Assembly: GCA_963812135.1 (NCBI GenBank)
Contig: CAWETU010000001.1
Location: 1,216,001-1,280,000 of the forward strand
DNA: 64,000 bases
Direction: 5' to 3'
From: Vulcanimicrobiota bacterium
GTDB lineage: Bacteria; Vulcanimicrobiota; Vulcanimicrobiia; Eremiobacterales; Eremiobacteraceae
A program made the position numbers and the translations under genes. Under the pieces are notes generated by a model. That model did no database searches and was not told where the DNA came from. It saw only the letters and a program-made list of their open reading frames with translations. Shown in pieces: positions 27,836 through 36,676 of this stretch. Numbering within the stretch: position 1 is the stretch's first letter; each line of letters opens with the position of its first letter.

Positions 27836-29053
27836 ATGAGACAGCACATCCGAGCCTTATGTTTTGCCGCCGGCGCAGTGGCGCTGGGGCTCATGCTCCA
27901 GCTTGGCACGCCTGCACCGGCGAGTGCGGAGAATCCGATCTTCATCGCGGTGTTGAACGACCAATCCAAGATCTACACCGATCTCTCGGGCCAGGGAACG
28001 GTTTCCGCGGTGCGCATGGCGGTGCAAGACTACGGCGGCGCGGTGCTCGGCCGCGAGATCAAAGTCCTGTCGGTCGACCACCAAAATGATCCGGCGCTCG
28101 GTTCGACCAAAGCGCACGAGCTTTACGAACAAGACCACGTCGATGCGATCTTCGACGTGCCCACCTCGTCGGTCGCGCTCGCCGTCGCCGGCGTCGCGGC
28201 ACAGGACCACAAGGTCTTGTTCGTCACGACCGGCGGCACGGACGCGCTCAACATGGCGCAGTGCAACAAATACACGTTCCACTACGGCTACGACACCTAC
28301 GCGCTGGCGCAGAATACGGGCCGGATCATCACGGAGAACGGCGGCAAGCACTGGTACATGCTCACCGCCAACTACGCGTTCGGCCAGTCGATGCTGTCAA
28401 ATTTCACGGCGGCCATCAAGTCCGCCGGCGGCGACGTGATCCATAACGATTTCGTGCCGTTCCCGAACACGGACTTCTCATCGTACCTCATCAATGCGCA
28501 GTCGATGCGACCGGATGTCATCGGGCTGATGAACGCCGGCGATGATACGGTCAACGCGATGAAGCAGATCAACGAGTTCGGCATAAAGAAACGCACGCAG
28601 ATCGGCATCGGCCTGTTGTTCGAGAGCGATATCGCTGCGCTCGGCCCTGATTATTGGTCGGGTAGCACGATCACCGTCGGTTCGTATTGGAACCTTGACG
28701 ACAAGACGCGTGCGTGGGCCGCGCGCTACAAGAAACGTACCGGTAAGATGCCGACCTGGGTCATGCTCGGCAATTATTCAGCGGTGACGCAGTATCTCGA
28801 CGCCGTCGCGCGCGCCAAGACCGACGATGCCGACGCGGTGATCAAGCAGCTCGAAGGGTATCACTTCGAAGACGTCTTCGCGCGGCATGCGTACATCCGT
28901 GCCCAGGACCATCTGTTGATCCACGACATGTACGTCGCCAAGATCAAGCCGGCCTCGGAGGTCAAAGAGCCGTACGACTTCCTACAGATCGTCAAGACGG
29001 TACCCGGCGATCAATCGTATCGGCCGCTGTCGCAATCGACGTGCCATCTGTGA
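27836..29053 (+). CDS. ABC transporter substrate-binding protein (LivJ/LivK family; substrate unknown)
   Basis: Signal peptide; GG.VLGR.I....DHQN, DAIFDVPTSSVALAV, DFSSYL. Confidence 0.9.
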   Translation: MRQHIRALCFAAGAVALGLMLQLGTPAPASAENPIFIAVLNDQSKIYTDLSGQGTVSAVRMAVQDYGGAVLGREIKVLSVDHQNDPALGSTKAHELYEQDHVDAIFDVPTSSVALAVAGVAAQDHKVLFVTTGGTDALNMAQCNKYTFHYGYDTYALAQNTGRIITENGGKHWYMLTANYAFGQSMLSNFTAAIKSAGGDVIHNDFVPFPNTDFSSYLINAQSMRPDVIGLMNAGDDTVNAMKQINEFGIKKRTQIGIGLLFESDIAALGPDYWSGSTITVGSYWNLDDKTRAWAARYKKRTGKMPTWVMLGNYSAVTQYLDAVARAKTDDADAVIKQLEGYHFEDVFARHAYIRAQDHLLIHDMYVAKIKPASEVKEPYDFLQIVKTVPGDQSYRPLSQSTCHL

Positions 29054-29093
29054 CGGTCGAATAAATTCGACGGTCGAGTAAACTCGACCGCTA
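29052..29093 (-). repeat. Two overlapping REP-like palindromes
   Basis: GACGGTCGAATAAATTC + GACGGTCGAGTAAACTCGACCGCTA, overlapping the stop of the binding-protein gene. Confidence 0.85.
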
Positions 29094-29105
29094 TATTAGG
29101 CGGGT

Positions 29106-29987
29106 ATGGAGCTTAGCTACCTCGCGCTGCAGATCTTCAACGGGCTGGTCAGCGGCGCGTACTACGCGCTGCTGAGTCTAGGCCTAGCGATCATCTTCGG
29201 GATGATGCGCATCGTCAACTTCGCGCACGGCGCGATGTACATGCTGGGCGCGTTCGGCGCCTATCTCGCCGCCAAGTACCTGGGCCTGCCGTTCTGGTGG
29301 GCCCTCGTGCTTGCACCCCTGGCGGTCGGCGCGCTCGGCATGCTGTTCGAGCGCTCCCTCATCCGGCGGCTCATGCCGCTCGATCCCCTCTACAATCTGT
29401 TGCTCACGTTCGGTCTCGCGCTGGTCATCGAAGACTTCATGAAGCTGTTCTTCGGTACGCAGGGCACGCCGTACGCGATACCCGCCAGCCTCACCGGAAT
29501 GGTCGATTTCGGCATCATCGGCTATCCCAAGTACAGGCTGGTGGTCATCGCCATCTCGGCGCTGGTTTGCGTGGTCGTCTGGATCGCGATCGAGAAGACG
29601 CCGCTCGGTGCGAAGATCCGCGCGGCGACGGAGAATCCGAGCTTGACGCAAGCGTTCGGCATCGACGTCTCGCTGCTGACGACGCTCGTGTTCGGCTTCG
29701 GCGTCGCCCTCGCCGCGCTCGCGGGCGTGCTCGCCGCGCCGACGACCAACGTCACGCCGCTCATGGGCTCGGACATCATCATCACGACATTCGCGGTGGT
29801 GGTCATCGGCGGCATGGGGTCCATCAAGGGGTCGATCCTGACCGGGTTCATCGTCGGCATCGTCGCCGCGCTTGGCGCCGTGCTCTATCCGCCGATCGCC
29901 AACACGCTGATCTTCCTGATCATGGCGTTGATCCTGCTGGTCCGGCCCGCCGGTTTGTTCGGCGCACCTGAGACGGGCGCACGGTGA
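29106..29987 (+). CDS. livH: Branched-chain amino acid-type ABC permease
   Basis: YALLSLGLAIIFG..RIVNFAHG; VVVIGGMGSI; RPAGLFG. Confidence 0.9.
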   Translation: MELSYLALQIFNGLVSGAYYALLSLGLAIIFGMMRIVNFAHGAMYMLGAFGAYLAAKYLGLPFWWALVLAPLAVGALGMLFERSLIRRLMPLDPLYNLLLTFGLALVIEDFMKLFFGTQGTPYAIPASLTGMVDFGIIGYPKYRLVVIAISALVCVVVWIAIEKTPLGAKIRAATENPSLTQAFGIDVSLLTTLVFGFGVALAALAGVLAAPTTNVTPLMGSDIIITTFAVVVIGGMGSIKGSILTGFIVGIVAALGAVLYPPIANTLIFLIMALILLVRPAGLFGAPETGAR

Positions 29988-30967
29988 TCGCCCGCGTCGC
30001 CGGCGCGCCGGGGCGCACCGCGCTTTGGCTCAGCCTGGCCGCGATCGCCGCCGGCTTCATCCTGCCGCACGTCGTCTACATCGGTTTGGCAACCGACATC
30101 GTCATCTGGGCGCTCTTCGCGGCAGCCTTTGATCTGCTGCTCGGTTACGCCGGCTTGCTGTCGTTCGGACACGCGATGTTCTTCGGCGGCGCGTCATACG
30201 TCGCGGGTCTGCTGATCTTGCGCTCGCACTGGTCGTTTATCCCGGCGGTGCTTGCGGCGGTCGCCAGTGCGGCGCTGCTCGCCGCGGTCGTCGGATTGGT
30301 CTCCATCCGCCGTCAAGGCATCTATTTCGCGATGATCACGCTCGCCTTCGGTCAGATGATGTACTTCCTCGCAAACCAGTTGGGAGATCTCACGGGCGGT
30401 CAGGACGGTCTGCAGAACGTCCCTCGCCCGGCGCTGCTCGGCTCTGTCCGGCTCGACGATGACCGCGTGCTGTACTATCTGACGCTCGCGCTGGCGGTGG
30501 TCGCGATCGCGTGCATGCTGCGCGTCGTCAATTCGCCGTTCGGCCGGGTCCTGGGCGCCATCCGAGAAAACGAACAGCGCGCCACCAGCCTCGGGTATCG
30601 GACCAACGTCTATAAGTTCGTCGCTTTCGTGATCTCCGCCGCGTTGTCGGGATTGGCAGGCGCGCTGTTCGTCATCGCGCATCGCTTCACGTCGCTTGAC
30701 ACGCTCGATTGGCATACATCGGGTGAGGTCGTGATCATGACCGTGCTCGGCGGCATGGGGACGATCTTCGGGCCGCTGTTCGGCGCTCCGTTCTATCTCA
30801 TCATCAACGACAAGCTCTCGACGCTGACCACGTCGCCTGGGCTCGTGCTCGGTATTATCTTCATAATCGTGGTCAGCGTGTTCCGCCGCGGCATCGTAGG
30901 TGAGGTGCTTCGAATGCTCCAACGCTCAAAAACCGAGCCTACGCAGCGTCCCTTGCCGCAGCACTAA
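29984..30967 (+). CDS. livM: Branched-chain amino acid-type ABC permease
   Basis: GYAGLLSFGHA; GIYFAMITLAF; SPFGRVL.AIRENE; LGGMGTIFGP. Confidence 0.9.
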   Translation: MIARVAGAPGRTALWLSLAAIAAGFILPHVVYIGLATDIVIWALFAAAFDLLLGYAGLLSFGHAMFFGGASYVAGLLILRSHWSFIPAVLAAVASAALLAAVVGLVSIRRQGIYFAMITLAFGQMMYFLANQLGDLTGGQDGLQNVPRPALLGSVRLDDDRVLYYLTLALAVVAIACMLRVVNSPFGRVLGAIRENEQRATSLGYRTNVYKFVAFVISAALSGLAGALFVIAHRFTSLDTLDWHTSGEVVIMTVLGGMGTIFGPLFGAPFYLIINDKLSTLTTSPGLVLGIIFIIVVSVFRRGIVGEVLRMLQRSKTEPTQRPLPQH

Positions 30968-31029
30968 GGCCAACCGTAGAAAAGCCTGGGAAAGAAAGCG
31001 CGGCCGGATGCGGAAGAAGCATCCCATCC

Positions 31030-33120
31030 ATGCAGGCCCATAACCGCCTCCTCACGCGCATCCTCGCCGTGACGCTGCTCGCAACGCTCGCCGTCCAGTC
31101 CGGCGCTCTGCCGGCGCTGGCCATGAGCACGCAGACCGAGATCGCCCAAGGCACCACGGAAAACGCGGAGATCGACGCCAGCAGCGTCGTGATCAGCGAC
31201 CCGTTTCTCGTGAGCTGGACGAATCAGATCGGCGCGAAGCTCGCCGCGCACCGCAAGCGGCAAGACATCACGTATCGCTTCACCGTGCTCGACGACCCGA
31301 GCATCAACGCGTTCGCGATCAAGGGCGGCTATGTCCACGTCAACGTCGGGCTGCTGAACTTCGCCTCATCGGACGACGAGTTGGCGAGCGTCATGGGTCA
31401 CGAGATGGGGCACGTCGAGATGCGCCACGTCGTCAAGTCGTCGAACATCAACACCGTGATCGGCATCTTGACCGCAATCGTCTCGATCCTCTCGCCGGTC
31501 GCATCGGTGCTCGGTGCGCTCGGCGGCGAACTCGCGAACGACAAGTACAGCCGCACCGACGAGCTGCAAGCCGACCACTACGGCCTGTCGCTGATGTCCC
31601 AAGCGGGATACGATCCCAACGCGATGATCGACATGATGACCAAACTCGGGCAAATGGACCCCGGCCCTGATTCGCGCGCGGACAAAGCGTTCTTGGACCA
31701 CCCGAACCCGAGCGATCGCGTCGCCCATCTGCTCGGCTACCCTGAGCTCGACAAGCCGACGAGCCAGTCGCTGTTCGCTGACGTGATCCACAATCAGACA
31801 GAAGGCCGCTACAGCTATGCGCGCGCCGAGCTCACGTCGCTCTCCACGGCGCAAGATCCGCAGATCGACGCGCACGTCGTCCAGCTGAACTATGCGCTGC
31901 GCGAGTCCGGCCCGAAAGCCGCGCCCGACGGGCGCGTGTTCGTCACCGTCGTCGAACGCAACGACCCCGCGCGCGTATCAGCGGTCAAAGCGATCACGGC
32001 CGGCCAGGCGATGTCGGCGCAAGCGACCAACGACGCCAAGGTGCTCGCGCGGAAAGGTTTCGGGGAGCTGCAGCTGACCGAGCATCATCTCAATAATTTG
32101 GAAAATGGCGGGCCGTCATTCCGCTTCACAGCCGGCGGTACAGCATATTGGGCGCCTAACGGGTCAGTCGCCGACGCCGGCGCGACGCCCAGTGCAACTC
32201 CTGCGACGAGCGGCGCAACCGCCGCGCCAAGCCCGACGCCGACGAGCGGACCGCCCGGGCCGGGCCAGCCGCCAGGACCTGGCGGACCGCCGCCCAGCGG
32301 TCAGACGCGAACCACCGAGACCGGGATGGCCACGTTGAACAAAGTCATCACCGGAACGATCAACCCCATCGCCGACGTGCTCAGCACGGCACCGGGCCTC
32401 ACCGTCGGCAACACGGACGCGTTTCGAGAGATGCTCGATCCGTTGACCGAGGACGCGCCGCTCACGCCGAAATTCCAAGCGCTGCTCGTACACTACCCGT
32501 CGATGATCTCGGACCTCGACGGATCGACAAAGGGATTGCTCGCGAGCATCGAGCTCGCGCGCGCGGCGATCGCGCAGGCCGACATCGCCGTCCAGGCGAC
32601 GCAGGCCGCGCTCTACGTGCCGCCGGTCCCGCAAAACCCGAACGGTCTGGCGACCCCGGGGCCGCGCCCGCCGCCCAACCTGCGCAGCGCGATCGCCGCG
32701 TGGAACACCGCCATGCAGACCGCGAAGAGAGCATCGAACGTGATGTACGCCGCACAGGCGGCGACGCTCTCGTCGGAGATCACATTGCTCGACCTGATGT
32801 CCTCGCCAGGGCGCTACGCCGCCTACCGCGATGCGCTGGCCGTGCGCTTCCCCGGCGTCGCGATTCCGGACTACCAGGCCGCGCGAACGCTCGCCGTCGG
32901 GTCAGGCGAGATCGCGTGCGCCGCGTGGATGTCGTTCGAAACCAAAAAGGATGTCGCGGCGATCTTGACCAGCGTCAAGGATAGCGGCAGATCCTGCGAA
33001 GCGCAAGCGCTTGATCAGGCGCTAATGGCGGAGTCGATGGAGATCGCCCTCGGGCTGGTCTACGAAGATTACATCGACGAACCGCAGCGGCACGCCGTGT
33101 CGGCAAAAGCGACGAACTAG
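31030..33120 (+). CDS. M48 family zinc metalloprotease with long Pro-rich/helical C-terminal extension
   Basis: Signal peptide; INAFA..GG.V.V..GL; HEMGH; YSRTDELQAD; DHP...DR. Confidence 0.88.
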   Translation: MQAHNRLLTRILAVTLLATLAVQSGALPALAMSTQTEIAQGTTENAEIDASSVVISDPFLVSWTNQIGAKLAAHRKRQDITYRFTVLDDPSINAFAIKGGYVHVNVGLLNFASSDDELASVMGHEMGHVEMRHVVKSSNINTVIGILTAIVSILSPVASVLGALGGELANDKYSRTDELQADHYGLSLMSQAGYDPNAMIDMMTKLGQMDPGPDSRADKAFLDHPNPSDRVAHLLGYPELDKPTSQSLFADVIHNQTEGRYSYARAELTSLSTAQDPQIDAHVVQLNYALRESGPKAAPDGRVFVTVVERNDPARVSAVKAITAGQAMSAQATNDAKVLARKGFGELQLTEHHLNNLENGGPSFRFTAGGTAYWAPNGSVADAGATPSATPATSGATAAPSPTPTSGPPGPGQPPGPGGPPPSGQTRTTETGMATLNKVITGTINPIADVLSTAPGLTVGNTDAFREMLDPLTEDAPLTPKFQALLVHYPSMISDLDGSTKGLLASIELARAAIAQADIAVQATQAALYVPPVPQNPNGLATPGPRPPPNLRSAIAAWNTAMQTAKRASNVMYAAQAATLSSEITLLDLMSSPGRYAAYRDALAVRFPGVAIPDYQAARTLAVGSGEIACAAWMSFETKKDVAAILTSVKDSGRSCEAQALDQALMAESMEIALGLVYEDYIDEPQRHAVSAKATN

Positions 33121-33122
33121 GA

Positions 33123-33728
33123 CTAGCCCGTCCAGAAGCGGTGCGGGCCGGTGTCCAAGTGCACCCAACCGCCGCCGTAGTATCCGACGCCGCCCGAGCG
33201 TGGGCACGACCAGCACAGGTCAGCTAGATCTGACGTCGCCACCCCGGGCACGTCGAAATCGACCGCGCGCCCGTACATATGCAATGAATTGTACGCGGCG
33301 CCTTCGGTCACCGCGTTCGTCTCCGGCGTCCGGTAGCCGCTATGCACGACGATGGGCGCACGCACGCCTTGCGCGAACAGCGCTTGCTGGACGCCCCACA
33401 GCAGCTCGATCAACGTGATGGAGATGTAGACGTCGCCGCGCGCGGGCGCGACGTGCGCGTCGCGCAGCGTCTCGCATAGGTGGTAGTAGCCGGGGTTGTA
33501 GACCGAGCGGCCGTCGAGCGAGAACGTATCGGCCACCTGCTCGCCGGTATCCGCTCGCTCCAGCCAGAGGACGTACTCGCCGCTTCGCGATCTCGGCGGC
33601 CCTGCCGCAAGCACGCTTAACGGGAAGGCAAGCGCTCCAGCGGCGGCAGCCACCCCCGCCGTGGCGCGGACGATGAACCGCCCGCGCGACGTCGGTTTCT
33701 CACCGGAAAGAAAGCACTTCCCGCACAT
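33123..33728 (-). CDS. YcbK/DUF882 family peptidase M15 (MepK-like)
   Basis: SGYRTPETN, SLHMYGRAVD, GGVGYY...WVHLDTG..R.W; Tat-like leader (SRGRF). Confidence 0.88.
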   Translation of the reverse strand: MCGKCFLSGEKPTSRGRFIVRATAGVAAAAGALAFPLSVLAAGPPRSRSGEYVLWLERADTGEQVADTFSLDGRSVYNPGYYHLCETLRDAHVAPARGDVYISITLIELLWGVQQALFAQGVRAPIVVHSGYRTPETNAVTEGAAYNSLHMYGRAVDFDVPGVATSDLADLCWSCPRSGGVGYYGGGWVHLDTGPHRFWTG

Positions 33729-33780
33729 ACTCTCATCATCGGCACGAGAGAACCGATGGTCAAGAGGGAATGACCACAAT

Positions 33781-34809
33781 ATGAAGGCTCTCATCCTGGG
33801 CGGGGGCGGCGCCCGCGGTGCGTACGAGGCTGGGGTCGCCATGACCCTGGTCCGGGAAGAGCGTTTTGACATCATCTGCGGCGTGTCGATCGGCGCCATC
33901 AACGGCGCCTTCATCGCGCAAGATGACGCCGCCGAACTCGAGCGCATCTGGCGCTCGATGGCTTCGCTGCGCGTCATCCGGCTCGCGCCCGAGGTCGAAT
34001 CGCTCACCAAGATGGCGGCGGGTTTGCGCCGGCTCAGCCATGATCCGCTCGCGCAGCGCCCCGGCGCGCTCGTGGATCTCTGGCGTGAATACGCGGCATT
34101 GAGCGCCGGCCGCGAGCTGGCCCTCATTCAGGGAGCGCTGCTCACCCAACCGATCGCTGAAATACTCGAGCCGCGTCTTAAACTGGGCTGGCTCAAGCAC
34201 ACGCTGATCGTCAACGCGACCAATCTCAACCGTGGCAGGCCGGAGCCGTTCTATCATTTCGCCGGGCTCAACGCGGCGGAGTTCGAGCGGCTGTTCCAAA
34301 CCCGAGAGCCCCACGGGCACACGCTGACCGACGAGAACTATCTCTCCGCCATCTGCGCGTCATCGGCGATGCCGGGAGCCTTCCAACCAGTCTCAATCAA
34401 GGACGACGACGGCGTAACCGATCGATTCGTCGACGGCGGCATCACGGGCAATGCACCGATCCGCCAGGCGATCGATGCAGGCGCGAACGAGGTGACGGTC
34501 GTGCACATGGACCGCGCCGACTTGCGGCCCCGCGAGCAAGATCCCGCCTCGATCACGGACATCGCGATCGCGATCCAAGACATCCGCCATCAGCACATGC
34601 TCGAGCTGGACCTCAAACACGCGGCCAGCGTGAATAAAGCGGTGCTCGCAGGCACCGCGCCGGACAAACGCTTCGTGCGGATTCGCGTGATCACACCGCA
34701 GGCGCCGCTCGCGGTCTCGATTATGGCCTTCGATGATCAGGCGGCGATCGATGCCGCGCTCGAACACGGCCAGCGCGACGGCGAACGCTTCGCCGCCCGC
34801 GCGGGTTAG
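33781..34809 (+). CDS. Patatin-like phospholipase
   Basis: GGGGARG, GVSIG, ASSAMP, DGG. Confidence 0.92.
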   Translation: MKALILGGGGARGAYEAGVAMTLVREERFDIICGVSIGAINGAFIAQDDAAELERIWRSMASLRVIRLAPEVESLTKMAAGLRRLSHDPLAQRPGALVDLWREYAALSAGRELALIQGALLTQPIAEILEPRLKLGWLKHTLIVNATNLNRGRPEPFYHFAGLNAAEFERLFQTREPHGHTLTDENYLSAICASSAMPGAFQPVSIKDDDGVTDRFVDGGITGNAPIRQAIDAGANEVTVVHMDRADLRPREQDPASITDIAIAIQDIRHQHMLELDLKHAASVNKAVLAGTAPDKRFVRIRVITPQAPLAVSIMAFDDQAAIDAALEHGQRDGERFAARAG

Positions 34810-35324
34810 AGCGGCGCGGCCGCCGGCGGCGGTTCGGGTTGGGCTGCTTGGAGCGCCTGCAGCTCTTCGGGCGTGATCTTCTGGAACGAGTAGTGATACC
34901 CGAAGTAGATCGCGATGCCGTAGAAGAGCAAGTCGATGATGCTGAACCCGTCGGTGAGAACGCGCCATGCGACGTCTGGCGTCAACCGCGCGAGGATAGA
35001 CATGACCGGGATATGCTGGTGGACGGAGACAGCGATGACCGTGGCTAGAATATTGCCGAGCACGCAGCCGGCGAGCGAAAGCACGGCGCCCATGTAACCG
35101 AAGATCCGGTCCATGCCATGCCCGAGCATGCGTACGCCGAAACCGACGAGGAACCCGACGCCGATCGCCATGAAGCCGATCTGAAAACTCGTGAGGGCGG
35201 TGATCGCTCCCCACAGCAACGCGCCAAGGAGCGCGCCGATGACGCCGCCCAGAAAACCCATTCCAAGATTCTGCGCAGCACGGCGCCGGGCCAGATAATC
35301 CGCGAGCTTGGCCTGGTCGATCAT
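34806..35324 (-). CDS. Hypothetical membrane protein
   Basis: Gly-rich TM helices; convergent 4-bp overlap with patatin. Confidence 0.75.
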   Translation of the reverse strand: MIDQAKLADYLARRRAAQNLGMGFLGGVIGALLGALLWGAITALTSFQIGFMAIGVGFLVGFGVRMLGHGMDRIFGYMGAVLSLAGCVLGNILATVIAVSVHQHIPVMSILARLTPDVAWRVLTDGFSIIDLLFYGIAIYFGYHYSFQKITPEELQALQAAQPEPPPAAAPL

Positions 35325-35381
35325 GTCGGTTCAGTGTAACATTTCGAGGAAACCATCGTCAATCGACAGTATGAGTAGGCA

Positions 35382-35999
35382 ATGGATCGCATCATCAACA
35401 TCTGGTCCGACGTCATTTGACCGTTTTGCTACCTCGGCTCAGTTTGGGCCGAAGAAGCGGCGCGAGAATTGCAAGCTCATCTACGTTGGCTTCCCTTCGA
35501 GATTCATCCGGGGACGCCGGCCGAAGGGGCACCGAAGCCATTTCCTCCAGAGGCGTGGCCGCAGGTTCGAGCGAGGCTCGAGCGCTTAGGTCGAGAGGTC
35601 GGACTTCCAATCGACCCGCCAAAACGCAACGTGAATTCGCGTTTCGCACTTGAAACAGCCGAGCTGGTGCGCGCCCAAAAGGACGACGACGCAGCCGGCG
35701 CGTTCTATCACGCCGTTGCGCGCGCATTCTTCACCGATCAGGCCGATATCTCGAAACGCGAGGTCGTCGTCCCGATCGCTGAACGTTTCGGCATCCCCGC
35801 TTCAGACGTGGAGGCCGCCTGGCGCGAGCGCCGGTTTTCTCCAGCCGTTGACGCGTTCATCGAAGAGGCGCACGCGGCCGGCGTTGCCGGCGTTCCAGCA
35901 ATGGGGTGGCCGCATCGACGCGCGATCGTCGGGATGATGCCGGCGGCCGATCTTGTGGCTCGACTTCGAAACGAGGCGCCCGGGGCAGGTCGGCACTAA
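35382..35999 (+). CDS. DsbA/FrnE family thiol oxidoreductase, probable selenoprotein (U13-P-F-C)
   Basis: ATG 35382: MDRIINIWSDVI-TGA(35418)-PFCYLG, in frame with W.PFEIHP...GV.GVP; TGA occupies the first Cys of the CPxC active site. Confidence 0.88.
35434..35452 (+). promoter_or_regulatory. Putative bacterial SECIS hairpin
   Basis: TCGGCTC-AGTTT-GGGCCGA; apical loop begins 20 nt after the UGA and has G in the second position. Confidence 0.65.
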
Positions 36000-36026
36000 A
36001 AAAACGTTGTAAAAACCGAGGGTCCC

Positions 36027-36101
<75 letters not shown>

Positions 36102-36120
36102 TTTCGTAAGGAGGATCTCA

Positions 36121-36663
36121 GTGCGTAAGGCTATTGTCGTAGCTGCTTTTTCCATGTTCGCGGTCGCAGCGTATGCGACCACTGCTTTGTCGGCGCCGAA
36201 GCCGGCCCCGGCGCTTACCGGCCCGATCACCAAGCTCCAATATCTGATCGGCACGTGGAGCTGCGCCACCAAGGTCGCGGCGTCGCCCACGATGGCCGCC
36301 TCCACCCACCAGGGCACGATCATGTTCTCTGTGGAGCCGAGCAATACGGTCGGCTACTACCTTCGGTCCGACATGTATTCGTCAGGCGGCTATATCGGCT
36401 GGATGGATTCCAAGAAGATGTGGTGGAGTTCGAGCGCCGACAATTTCGGCGGCGTGACCAACGAGTCGGGACCTGACAACGCCGGCGCGGGTTCCACGAT
36501 GACTGGAACCACGATCTATCAGGGCCAGTCCATGAGCTCGCGCGACACCATCACCAAGATCAGCAACACGAAGTATCGCGACCTCTACGAGACCCAAAAG
36601 GGCGGCGCGTGGTCGATGGGCGCAGATTCGAGCTGCACCAAGACGTCTGACAAGAGCATGTGA
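36121..36663 (+). CDS. Secreted beta-rich protein (L..L.GTW.C family, DUF1579-like)
   Basis: AAGGAGG RBS, GTG start, signal peptide, LQYLIGTWSC...SCTK. Confidence 0.8.
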   Translation: MRKAIVVAAFSMFAVAAYATTALSAPKPAPALTGPITKLQYLIGTWSCATKVAASPTMAASTHQGTIMFSVEPSNTVGYYLRSDMYSSGGYIGWMDSKKMWWSSSADNFGGVTNESGPDNAGAGSTMTGTTIYQGQSMSSRDTITKISNTKYRDLYETQKGGAWSMGADSSCTKTSDKSM

Positions 36664-36676
36664 CGCGCTTGGCGCG

